From: Candidatus Iainarchaeum sp.
Lineage (GTDB): Archaea; Iainarchaeota; Iainarchaeia; Iainarchaeales; UBA10191
Direction: 5' to 3'
Assembly (NCBI GenBank): GCA_030649735.1
Contig: JAUSFL010000001.1
Location: 1 to 36,186 of the forward strand
Length of the DNA: 36,186 bases
Part shown: positions 27,581 through 35,902 of the stretch, piece by piece
Numbering within the stretch: the first letter of the stretch is position 1
How the letters are laid out: each line of letters begins with the position of its first letter
Made by a program: the position numbers and the translations under genes
Notes under the pieces: generated by a model
Database searches by the model: none
The model's input: only the letters and a program-made list of their open reading frames with translations
Told to the model about the DNA's origin: nothing

Positions 27581-27850
27581 TTGAGTTATTTGCTTGAAGT
27601 CAAAGAGTCAGTCGAAAAATCCTTTGAAAAGACTGCAAAAAAAGACAGAGTTCAAAGCGAGGCAGTAAAAAGCAAAATAAAGCAAATTCTAGAAAACCCT
27701 TACAGATTCAAGCCATTAAAGGCGCCAATGCAAAACAAGCGCAGAGTCCATGTTTACGGGCCTTTCGTGCTTGTTTACTCAATAGTCGAAAATGAAAAAA
27801 AAGTGATAATTGAAAATTACTCGCATCACGATAAAATTTACAAAATTTAG
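27581..27850 (+). CDS. Type II toxin, RelE/YafQ family
   Basis: ILENPYRFKPL, RRVH, FVLVY and HHDKIY motifs. Confidence 0.85.
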   Translation: MSYLLEVKESVEKSFEKTAKKDRVQSEAVKSKIKQILENPYRFKPLKAPMQNKRRVHVYGPFVLVYSIVENEKKVIIENYSHHDKIYKI

Positions 27851-27860
27851 AACTTTCTTC

Positions 27861-27878
27861 CCTTGATTTTCTGGTTGA
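27861..27878. repeat. 18-bp direct repeat CCTTGATTTTCTGGTTGA, left copy (orphan 3' end of gene 28850-29191)
   Basis: Exact match to 28876-28893; the minus strand reads NQKIKGRKF* (stop at 27847-27849). Confidence 0.8.
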
Positions 27879-28044
27879 GAATTAGACCATTTCGTTAACT
27901 CTTGGAACTTATAGAAATAAAAGTGTCCCTTTTTCATTAAACGTAGTCAAAAATGACTTACGAAGCAATTTGAACCCCAATTGTGATTGTGTGATAAATT
28001 AATAAACTTCTGATTATTTGTAATAGTTGGAGCGTGAGTTTCTG

Positions 28045-28566
28045 ATGAAATATATTGCGATATTGGGAGTAAGCCTTCTTTTTGTGTTCTTTTTGATGGG
28101 TTGTTCAACAAATGAAACTCCACTTAAGGAATTCAAACCAGCTGGCGCAGGATTCTCTGTTTTAATGCCCGGAACTCCTCAACTTCAAACTCAAACAATG
28201 AATACTGCAATCGGCCCGGTAGACATCAAAATGTATGTTCTTGAAAAGGATAATTTAGGATATACTGTAGGTTATACTAGTTATCCTGAAGCAGCCGTAT
28301 CTGAAAAAACACCGGATCAAATGTTAGATGGCGCTAGGGATGGAGCTGTCGCCAATGTGTTTGGGACTCTCACATCAGAAGAAATATTATCTATTAACGG
28401 CAATCCAGCAAGAGAGTTTACAATTACAGTTAAAGGTGGCGGAATTAGAGCACGGATAATTTTAGTTAAAAATAAACTGTATATGGTTCTAGTCGCAGCA
28501 AGCAAAGATAATATTATGAAAAAGCAAGTTGGGGACTTTTTAGAATCTTTTAAACTAGTTGAATAA
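28045..28566 (+). CDS. Predicted lipoprotein (possibly PsbP/DcrB-like fold)
   Basis: MKYIAILGVSLLFVFFLMGC lipobox; FSVLMPG...FLESFKL pattern; start moved to ATG 28045. Confidence 0.75.
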   Translation: MKYIAILGVSLLFVFFLMGCSTNETPLKEFKPAGAGFSVLMPGTPQLQTQTMNTAIGPVDIKMYVLEKDNLGYTVGYTSYPEAAVSEKTPDQMLDGARDGAVANVFGTLTSEEILSINGNPAREFTITVKGGGIRARIILVKNKLYMVLVAASKDNIMKKQVGDFLESFKLVE

Positions 28567-28567
28567 A

Positions 28568-28798
28568 ATGGATGAATCAAAAAATAAAAAAACCGATTAT
28601 GTCAGTTTAACCCTTTATGTTTCTTTAATCGTAATTTTAGGAAAAGTTGGAGAAACACTATTTGGCCCCATAATAAACTCACAAATGGGAATATTTTCAT
28701 TAGGCGAATTAATCGGGGCCGCGATAGGTGGCGGCATAGGCGCGTTGTTAGCTTTTATAATTGTCAAATATATTCTGAAAAAATCAATTACTAACTAA
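28568..28798 (+). CDS. Small 2-TM membrane protein
   Basis: Two hydrophobic segments; glycine zipper GAAIGGGIGA. Confidence 0.65.
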   Translation: MDESKNKKTDYVSLTLYVSLIVILGKVGETLFGPIINSQMGIFSLGELIGAAIGGGIGALLAFIIVKYILKKSITN

Positions 28799-28849
28799 AC
28801 TCGCATCAATTCTTGCTAATTTCTCCGCGCTCGTTAAATTGCCCATTTA

Positions 28850-29191
28850 TTAAAACTTATGAGAAGTTAAGTGAACCTTGATTTTCTGGTTGACTAAATC
28901 TACTTCTTTGCCGCAGGCATTGCATTCGTCAATCAAGTCCAAAATAAAACGCCTGTCTTCTGCTGTTTGGACAACTTCCTTTCCGGGAACTTTAGGGTCT
29001 TTCTTCAAGACAGTGTACTTGTCCATCAAATAAGCGTACAATTCCTTCAATGAAGCCTGGACTATCGGACGCTCTTTTCCAGAAGGCTGGAAATTCCTGT
29101 ACGTGGCGCACATTTTGCAATTGCGCTTTATTGAATTAGCCAAAGAGTCTGCTGGAGTCAATTCTTGCAAAGGCACGCTATATTCATGCAA
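28850..29191 (-). CDS. Hypothetical protein with two CxxC motifs (possible Zn binding)
   Basis: CKMC and CNAC; directly downstream of ilvE on the same strand. Confidence 0.7.
   Translation of the reverse strand: MHEYSVPLQELTPADSLANSIKRNCKMCATYRNFQPSGKERPIVQASLKELYAYLMDKYTVLKKDPKVPGKEVVQTAEDRRFILDLIDECNACGKEVDLVNQKIKVHLTSHKF
28876..28893. repeat. 18-bp direct repeat, right copy, within the 3' end of gene 28850-29191
   Basis: Exact match to 27861-27878. Confidence 0.8.
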
Positions 29192-29230
29192 GGCCAGAAT
29201 AAAAAATTAGCGGTTTGCAAAGCTGTTTTT

Positions 29231-30130
29231 TCATTTCACAAGCTCAAGCCAGCCCAAATAACGCTTGTCTTTTCCTCGAACCGCGCTTTTGTAAATTTGC
29301 TTTAGCTTTTCGCCGATTTTTCCTTTCCCATCGCCGATTTTTTTATTGTCCAAGGATTCAATCAAAGTGACTTCGGCGGCTGTTCCAGTAAAGAATGCCT
29401 CGTCAGCGCCGTAAGCGTCATTTAGAGTCAAGTCAGTTTCCACAGTTTCAATTCCTTCATCTTTCGCAATCTTAAAAATGCTGTCGCGCGTGATTCCTGG
29501 CAAGATTGTCCCTGGCTTTGGAGTGATTAGCTTTCCATCCTTTATTATGAAAAAGTTTTCTCCAGGGCCTTCGGCAATGTTTCCCTTATAATCCAAAAGC
29601 AATGCCTCGTCAAACCCTGCCTTTTTTGCGTCAGCTGACGCGAGAATTGAGTTTGCGTAATGGCCGCTGATTTTTGCAGTCATTAAAGAGCTTGAAGGAT
29701 GAATCCTGATGAATTTTGAAGTCTTGACTCTGACTGCATTTTCACCCAAGTAAGAGCCCCAAGGGATTACAATCACTGAAAAATGCGCTTCCAAGTCAAT
29801 ATTGTTCAATCCCATTTTTTCGCCAAAAAACAAGAACGGCCTAATGTATCCTTCTTCAATGCCGTTTGCTTTCACGGCTTCCTTAATCGCATTAAATGCT
29901 TCCCTATTGGATAATGGAACTTTCATGTCAAAGGCAGAAGCTGAATGAAACAAGCGGTCAACATGCTCTTTAAGCCTGAAAATTGCGGTTCCTTTTTCAG
30001 TCTTGTAAAACCTCACGCCTTCAAAAACAGCATCTCCATAGTGCAGGCTGTGGGTCATTGGATGGACTTTGGCCTTTTCCCAATCAACAAGCTTGTTGTC
30101 GAGCCAAATGAACTTGCTTCCCTGCATCAT
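29231..30130 (-). CDS. ilvE: Branched-chain amino acid aminotransferase
   Basis: LHYG..VFEG, YIRP, AKISGHY, EGPGEN, LPGITR and TGTAAE motifs. Confidence 0.96.
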   Translation of the reverse strand: MMQGSKFIWLDNKLVDWEKAKVHPMTHSLHYGDAVFEGVRFYKTEKGTAIFRLKEHVDRLFHSASAFDMKVPLSNREAFNAIKEAVKANGIEEGYIRPFLFFGEKMGLNNIDLEAHFSVIVIPWGSYLGENAVRVKTSKFIRIHPSSSLMTAKISGHYANSILASADAKKAGFDEALLLDYKGNIAEGPGENFFIIKDGKLITPKPGTILPGITRDSIFKIAKDEGIETVETDLTLNDAYGADEAFFTGTAAEVTLIESLDNKKIGDGKGKIGEKLKQIYKSAVRGKDKRYLGWLELVK

Positions 30131-30211
30131 AATTATTATTCAAACCAGCAATTTAGTTTTTAAACAATTCTTTTGCGAGAGTTTTTAATTTTTTGCGGGC
30201 TTAATGAAGTA

Positions 30212-31330
30212 ATGCCTGAAAAAAGCTTTCACAACATTGCAGTGATTCCTGGAGACTTGAACGGAATTACAGTGACTGAAGCTGCCTTAAAATTAAGCGA
30301 GGCAGTCAAGGGCAAATTGTCAAAGCCGATAAAACATTCAAGGTTTGACTATAACGCAGACTATTTTCTAAAGCACGGCTTGAAAGAATTGGGAAATAAA
30401 GAGCTTGATGAGTTGAAAAAGTTTGACCAAATTTTTCTCGGGGCAATCGGAGATCCGACAAAAATGAAGCCGGGAATTCTGGAAGTCGGGATTTTATTGA
30501 AGCTAAGGCAGGCGTTTGACCAGTACGTGAACTTAAGGCCTGTGGCGCTTCCTGAAGGAGTCAGTTCAATACTTATCGGAAAAACATCCAAAGAAATCAA
30601 TTTTGAGATTTGCAGGGAGAATTCTGAAGGACTGTACGTTGATGCCGGATGGATTGAAAAGAAAGGGACTGAAGAAGAGGCAGGCTATCAAATAATGAAA
30701 TGCACTTACAAGGGCGTGAAACGGCTTGCAAAGTATGCTGAAGAACGGGCCTTTGCGAGAAAAAAAGGGGAAAAGCCGACACTGCATTTTGTTTTCAAAA
30801 CTAACGTGCTGACTTATGCAGGAAGCCCTTGGCAAAGGGTTTTTGACGAGTACAAGGACAGGAAAGACTTGACTGCAAAATACATGCACATTGACAATTT
30901 CCTAATGCAAATGCTTTTGAAGCCAGAACAGTTTGATGAAGTGCTTACTGAAAACATGTTCGGCGACATTGCAACAGACGCCGGGGCAGTAATTCAAGGA
31001 GGAATTGGCTCTGCGGTTTCGGGCAACATAAACCCGACTGGAGAGTTTCCTTCAATGTTTGAGCCAATTCATGGAACAGCGCCAGACAAGTGGTATGAAA
31101 TAAACTCTAATGGAGAATGCATTCCGGGAACTTTCGTGAAAGAAAAAGTCCAGCAAGTAAAGCCAGAAGCCGCTTTCCTTTCTTACGCAATGATGCTCGA
31201 GCAATTGGGCGAATTAAAGGCCGCAAAGGCAATCCAGCAGGCTGCCTTGGAAAACATCCGCGACCCAAATTACAAAACCAAAACTCTTGACGAGCTTGTG
31301 AAAAAGGCTTGCGATTTTGCGGGGCGTTGA
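30212..31330 (+). CDS. leuB: 3-isopropylmalate dehydrogenase (divergent)
   Basis: LR..FDQYVNLRP, RENSEGLY, NMFGDI.TD and FEPIHGTAPD motifs; upstream of leuCD; start moved to ATG 30212. Confidence 0.88.
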   Translation: MPEKSFHNIAVIPGDLNGITVTEAALKLSEAVKGKLSKPIKHSRFDYNADYFLKHGLKELGNKELDELKKFDQIFLGAIGDPTKMKPGILEVGILLKLRQAFDQYVNLRPVALPEGVSSILIGKTSKEINFEICRENSEGLYVDAGWIEKKGTEEEAGYQIMKCTYKGVKRLAKYAEERAFARKKGEKPTLHFVFKTNVLTYAGSPWQRVFDEYKDRKDLTAKYMHIDNFLMQMLLKPEQFDEVLTENMFGDIATDAGAVIQGGIGSAVSGNINPTGEFPSMFEPIHGTAPDKWYEINSNGECIPGTFVKEKVQQVKPEAAFLSYAMMLEQLGELKAAKAIQQAALENIRDPNYKTKTLDELVKKACDFAGR

Positions 31331-31333
31331 AAA

Positions 31334-32734
31334 TTGTCTAATGGAACATTGTATGATAAGGTTTGGGAAAAGCACGTTGTCGCAAAACTTCCCACCGGAC
31401 AAACGCAAGTTTTTGTAGGCAGGCACTTGATTCATGAAGTGACAAGCCCGCAGGCTTTCGAAATGCTTCGCGAAAAAGGAATTAAAGCAAAATTTCCGCA
31501 ATTTTCAAAAGCAGTGGTTGATCACGTGATTCCAACTCACGACAGGAAAAGGCCTTTTGCTGACGCTGAAGCAGAATTAATGACCGCAACCCTTGAAAAG
31601 AACGCGAAAGAATTTGGAATTGAAGAATTTTCTGAAAGTTCTGGAAAGCAAGGCGTTTGCCACGTGGCTTTTCCAGAGCAAGGCCTGATTTGGCCTGGCC
31701 AGTTGGTTGTTTGCGGAGACAGCCACACTTGCACTTACGGGGCTTTCGGCGCTTTGGCTTTTGGGATTGGAACAACACAAGTAAGCCATGTTTTGGCAAC
31801 GCAAACAATGGCAATGGACAAGCTGAAAGTGAAACGCGTGAACTTTAACGGAGAATTAAATGCAGGAGTGACTGCAAAAGACATGGCATTATACTTGATT
31901 AGAAAGCTTGGCGTTAAAGGCGGGGTTGGATTTGCTTTCGAGTTTGGCGGAAAAGCCGTTGAAAGCCTGGGCATGGAAGGCCGAATGACTTTATGCAATA
32001 TGGCAGTGGAAGGCGGAGCGCGTTCAGGCTACATGAATCCTGATGAGAAAACTTTTGAATTCTTGAAGGGCAGGAATTTTGCGCCAAAAAAAGATTTTGA
32101 AAAAGCAGTGAGTTATTGGAAAAGCATTGCTTCAGAAAAAAATGCAATTTATGATTCTGTCGTTGATTTTAATGCCAGTGAAATAACGCCAATGGTTTCT
32201 TGGGGCGTGAATCCAGAGCAAAGCATTGGAATTGGAGAACGAATTCCTTCACTAGATTCTTTTGAGGGAAAAGCAAGGGAAGAAATGCAGGATGCTTTGA
32301 ATTACATGGGCTTGCAGGAAGGAAAAGAATTGCTTGGAACTCCGGTTGACGTGGTTTTCATTGGCTCTTGCACTAACGGCCGCTTGAGCGATTTGGAAGC
32401 AGCCGCAAAAATCCTGCAAGGAAAAAAGGTTGCTGTAAAAACTCTTGTTGTTCCAGGCTCTCAAATCATGAAAAGGCAGGCTGAAGAAAAAGGCCTTGAT
32501 AAAGTGTTCAAAGATGCTGGGGCAGAATGGCGTTTTGCAGGCTGTTCAATGTGCCTTGCAATGAATCCGGACAAGCTTGAAGGAAATCAAAGGAGCGCTT
32601 CAACTTCAAACAGGAATTTCAAGGGAAGGCAAGGCAGTCCTACTGGAAGAACTCACTTAATGAGCCCTTTAACTGCAGCAGCAACGGCGATTGAAGGCAA
32701 AATAGCGAATCCATTAAAGCACTTGAGGAATTGA
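31334..32734 (+). CDS. leuC: 3-isopropylmalate dehydratase large subunit
   Basis: HEVTSPQAF, GDSHT, GSCTNGR, GCSMCLAMN and STSNRNF motifs. Confidence 0.97.
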   Translation: MSNGTLYDKVWEKHVVAKLPTGQTQVFVGRHLIHEVTSPQAFEMLREKGIKAKFPQFSKAVVDHVIPTHDRKRPFADAEAELMTATLEKNAKEFGIEEFSESSGKQGVCHVAFPEQGLIWPGQLVVCGDSHTCTYGAFGALAFGIGTTQVSHVLATQTMAMDKLKVKRVNFNGELNAGVTAKDMALYLIRKLGVKGGVGFAFEFGGKAVESLGMEGRMTLCNMAVEGGARSGYMNPDEKTFEFLKGRNFAPKKDFEKAVSYWKSIASEKNAIYDSVVDFNASEITPMVSWGVNPEQSIGIGERIPSLDSFEGKAREEMQDALNYMGLQEGKELLGTPVDVVFIGSCTNGRLSDLEAAAKILQGKKVAVKTLVVPGSQIMKRQAEEKGLDKVFKDAGAEWRFAGCSMCLAMNPDKLEGNQRSASTSNRNFKGRQGSPTGRTHLMSPLTAAATAIEGKIANPLKHLRN

Positions 32735-32735
32735 A

Positions 32736-33338
32736 ATGAATTCTGAAATAAAATCATTGAAAGGAACTGCAATCCCGAAAATTTCAAACGACCAGAACAC
32801 TGACGACATTATTCCTGCAAGGTATTTGAAAGAAATCACGTTCAAGAACATGGGAAAATACGTTTACTTTGACGAGAGATTCAAGAACGGCATTGAAATC
32901 AAGGAACACCAATTTAACAATGCAAAATTCAAGGGCGCAAGCATTCTGATTGCCGGAGCAAATTATGGCTGTGGAAGTTCAAGAGAGCACGCTCCCCAGG
33001 CATTGCACAGGTTTGGGATTAAGGCAATAATTGCTGAAAGCTTTGCGGAAATTTTTGCTGGAAACTGCGCAAGCCTTGGAGTTGTCGGAGTTACGCTGCC
33101 GGCCAAAGAAATTGCAGCGCTCGCGCAGCAAGTTGAAAAAGAGCCAAAAACAGAATTGTCAATCAGCCTGCAGGACAAGACAATAAGCTTTGCTGGAAAA
33201 AAATTAGGCTTTGAAATTCCTGAAGGAAAAAGGCAGTCTTTCTTGAATGGAACTTGGGACGCAATGGCGGTCTTAAAGAACAGCGAGCAAGAAATCGAAA
33301 AAGTTGCTGAAAAACTTGATTATTTAAAGTACGAGTAA
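32736..33338 (+). CDS. leuD: 3-isopropylmalate dehydratase small subunit
   Basis: TDDIIPARYL, GCGSSREHAPQAL and SFAEIF motifs. Confidence 0.97.
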   Translation: MNSEIKSLKGTAIPKISNDQNTDDIIPARYLKEITFKNMGKYVYFDERFKNGIEIKEHQFNNAKFKGASILIAGANYGCGSSREHAPQALHRFGIKAIIAESFAEIFAGNCASLGVVGVTLPAKEIAALAQQVEKEPKTELSISLQDKTISFAGKKLGFEIPEGKRQSFLNGTWDAMAVLKNSEQEIEKVAEKLDYLKYE

Positions 33339-33350
33339 TTCAAGAATTTC

Positions 33351-33809
33351 CTAATTGAATTCCTTGACCATTATGAGCTTGTCAACGCCGTTCACAAAGC
33401 CGTTCGGAATTTCGCGCAGTCTCTGGAAGCCATTCCTGTAGTAAAAGTCCCTGACTTTCAAGAACGGCTGGTAATTGCCGGAAAAGCCGAAAGTGTGCAA
33501 AACAACCTTTTTTGCCTTGTGTGTTTTAATGTGGGATTCAGCGCGCTTCAAAAGCCTGCCGCCCAATCCAAAGCCTTGAAAATCCCGCCTCACAGCCAAA
33601 TAATGGATTTTGCTGTCCTTCTTGTGGGCTTTGAAAACAATGAATCCAACAGGCCTGGATTTGGCTTCTGCAACAACACAATGGTCTTTGAAAGCACAGT
33701 CCTTGATGTTTTTCAAATCCTTCAAGGTAAAATAGCCCAAAGCCTTGGCAATGCCGACGATACTTTTGGTATCTTGGGACTTGAAGCTCCTGAACTTGAT
33801 TTTAACCAT
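33351..33809 (-). CDS. GNAT family acetyltransferase
   Basis: LAVRRDFQGFGLGGRLL acetyl-CoA motif A; FYYRNGF. Confidence 0.88.
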   Translation of the reverse strand: MVKIKFRSFKSQDTKSIVGIAKALGYFTLKDLKNIKDCAFKDHCVVAEAKSRPVGFIVFKAHKKDSKIHYLAVRRDFQGFGLGGRLLKRAESHIKTHKAKKVVLHTFGFSGNYQPFLKVRDFYYRNGFQRLREIPNGFVNGVDKLIMVKEFN

Positions 33810-34014
33810 TTTTGCACCTTAGAACTAGTGAATGATTTATTGTTGTATATTGGCTTAAAAAACTAATTGAGGGTGTTTCGCCAGTGGACGAAGTCAAGGC
33901 GTACAAAAAATAGCGGAAGTGAAGGGTTTTTTAAATAAAACGCGGGATAAAAAAACAAGCTTAAAAAGAGGAAAAATTGAAGTGGGTTTTTTTATTTTTG
34001 GAATTTTAAAAAAT

Positions 34015-34071
34015 GTAGTGCCTAACTATTTATTGCACAAAGTTTGCTCCGCAAACCAGTAGTGCCTAACT
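34015..34071. repeat. 13-bp direct repeat GTAGTGCCTAACT (34015-34027, 34059-34071) flanking a small hairpin
   Basis: Exact repeat with the internal inverted repeat GTTTGC-TCC-GCAAAC; the second copy contains the hicB stop. Confidence 0.6.
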
Positions 34072-34275
34072 CTTCTCGCTTGCTTCATGCTCCGCAAGCT
34101 GTGCTCTTTTTGCTTTGTATTCTTCAACACAAAGCCCCATTGCTTCTTTAATATTATTTAAGGCTTCTTTCTTAGTTTTGCCTTGCGTATGGCAACCAGG
34201 CAGAGAAGGAACGTCTGCAATAAACCAGCCGCCCTCGTCTTTTTCTAAAATCACTTCAAAATTCTTAACTTTCAA
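34066..34275 (-). CDS. hicB: HicB family antitoxin (no adjacent hicA)
   Basis: VPSLPGCHTQGKTKKEALNNIKEA signature. Confidence 0.88.
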   Translation of the reverse strand: MKVKNFEVILEKDEGGWFIADVPSLPGCHTQGKTKKEALNNIKEAMGLCVEEYKAKRAQLAEHEASEKS

Positions 34276-34316
34276 AAAAACGCCTTTGTAAAAAAAAGGG
34301 AAAAGAAGTGCCGCCT

Positions 34317-35222
34317 TTAGGCGACGACTTCAATGTTTAATCTTTTCTTTAATTCTCTATAGCGGTTCCTGATTGTGACTTCAGTAACTCCGGCAACATT
34401 CGCGACTTCCTTCTGGGTTCTGCGTTCGCCTTTCAAAAGGCCCGCAATGTAAACTGCAGCTGCAGCAACTCCAGTTGGTCCGCGGCCGCTGATAAGGCCG
34501 TTTCCGATTGCTTCTTCAAGGATTTTTCTTCCTTCTTCCTGAACTTCTCCAGAAAGATTCAATTCCGAAGCAAATCTTGGAATGTAATGGATTGGATTAG
34601 TCAATGGAACATCCAACTTTAATTCCCTAACAAGGAACCTGTAGGTTCTTCCAATTTCTTTTTTTGTCAATCCGGATGCTTCTGCCATTTCATTCAAGGT
34701 TCTTGGAACATTATATGTCCTGCAAACAGTGTACAATACTGCCGCAACAACTGCTTCAATCAAGCGTCCCCTAATAAGGCCTTTCTTGACTGTTTTCCTG
34801 TAAAGCAATGCCGCTGCTTCAACCAACTGTTCTGGAATGTTCAGGTATGAAGCAACTCTCCTTAGCTCTGCAAGGGCTATTGAAAGGTTTCTTTGCATTG
34901 AAGAGCTTATTGATGCCCTTTTATGCCATTTTATCAAGCGGTACATTTGCGCACGGCTTTTAGTGGAAAGCTTGTTTCCCCTAAGGTCAGTTCCCCTACG
35001 GTCAATCATGGTCACAAGGCCCTTGTTTAACTTAACGTATTTCATTGGGCTTCCAGTCCTGGAGCGTTCCTCAAACTGGTCGGAGTCAAAGCTCCTCCAT
35101 TCTTTCCCAAAGTCTACTGCCTCATCACTAATAATAAGGCCGCAACTGCTGCAGACAACTTCTCCTTTCTCTGCATCTCTCATTAACTTAATGCTTCCGC
35201 ATTCAGGGCATTTTTCAACCAT
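34317..35222 (-). CDS. tfb: Transcription initiation factor IIB
   Basis: Zn ribbon CPECG...CSSCG, B-reader EWRSF, two cyclin repeats, VTEVTIRNRY; SD GAGGTG. Confidence 0.98.
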   Translation of the reverse strand: MVEKCPECGSIKLMRDAEKGEVVCSSCGLIISDEAVDFGKEWRSFDSDQFEERSRTGSPMKYVKLNKGLVTMIDRRGTDLRGNKLSTKSRAQMYRLIKWHKRASISSSMQRNLSIALAELRRVASYLNIPEQLVEAAALLYRKTVKKGLIRGRLIEAVVAAVLYTVCRTYNVPRTLNEMAEASGLTKKEIGRTYRFLVRELKLDVPLTNPIHYIPRFASELNLSGEVQEEGRKILEEAIGNGLISGRGPTGVAAAAVYIAGLLKGERRTQKEVANVAGVTEVTIRNRYRELKKRLNIEVVA

Positions 35223-35376
35223 TTAACTTACACCTCTTATTAAATGCAAAATATTGGATTTTCCCACAGGTTTTGAAAACAAGCATTGCTGGGGTTGGTT
35301 AAACAACAAAAACTTATTATTATGTTGAACTAGTTGGGAAAAAACAATAAGCTATAATAACATGCCTACGCCATTA

Positions 35377-35392
35377 TATTTAAACTTTCCGG
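35377..35392 (-). promoter_or_regulatory. BRE-TATA promoter of tfb
   Basis: Minus strand CCGGAAAG-TTTAAATA, about 155 nt upstream of the tfb ATG. Confidence 0.65.
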
Positions 35393-35435
35393 TGCAATTT
35401 CTTAAGAAAGAATATAAAAAGCCAACAAATGGCTT

Positions 35436-35840
35436 TTAATTGAGCAATACTGCGTTAATTACGCCTGATTGTCCAGGACGGCTTGTAACGCGGGCTTTTA
35501 CGGTTTCAGAGCCTTTTTTAACCTCTATTATTGCGCCTTTTGTAAGTATGTTTCGCCTGGCATACTCCCTGTTTGCCGAGTTTTCCACTACATTCGCTAT
35601 ATCAAACTTTTGGGATTTCTTGGTTTTTGGGTCCAAAACATTGGCAAACTTTGCCTCATTCAACTTCAATTTTGAAGTCCCGCCAAGGCCTTCAGCAGTA
35701 AAAGAAACCTGCTTTACTGCATTGACTTTTGTTGAAGCAAAAATTCCGCCCTTCCAGGCAAGCTTCTTGTTGCAGCGCCTTAAAGTCCTTGACCTGCCGC
35801 CAGTAGGCTTTTTGCCTGATTTCATGTGCCATTCTGTCAT
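35436..35840 (-). CDS. rps8e: 30S ribosomal protein S8e
   Basis: KPTGG, RRNILTKGAII and ARVTSRPGQSGVINAVL motifs; SD AGGTGA. Confidence 0.97.
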   Translation of the reverse strand: MTEWHMKSGKKPTGGRSRTLRRCNKKLAWKGGIFASTKVNAVKQVSFTAEGLGGTSKLKLNEAKFANVLDPKTKKSQKFDIANVVENSANREYARRNILTKGAIIEVKKGSETVKARVTSRPGQSGVINAVLLN

Positions 35841-35902
35841 ACTATAAATTCACCTGCTCTAAATAATGGTTTTAAAAGATGTTTAAACGTTAAATTTTCT
35901 CT

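Noticed and set aside
27240-28840. Integron attC sites (GTTAGAC near 27252, GTTAAAT near 28833)
   Set aside because: No matching inverse cores or extended hairpins of attC size, and no integrase in the window.
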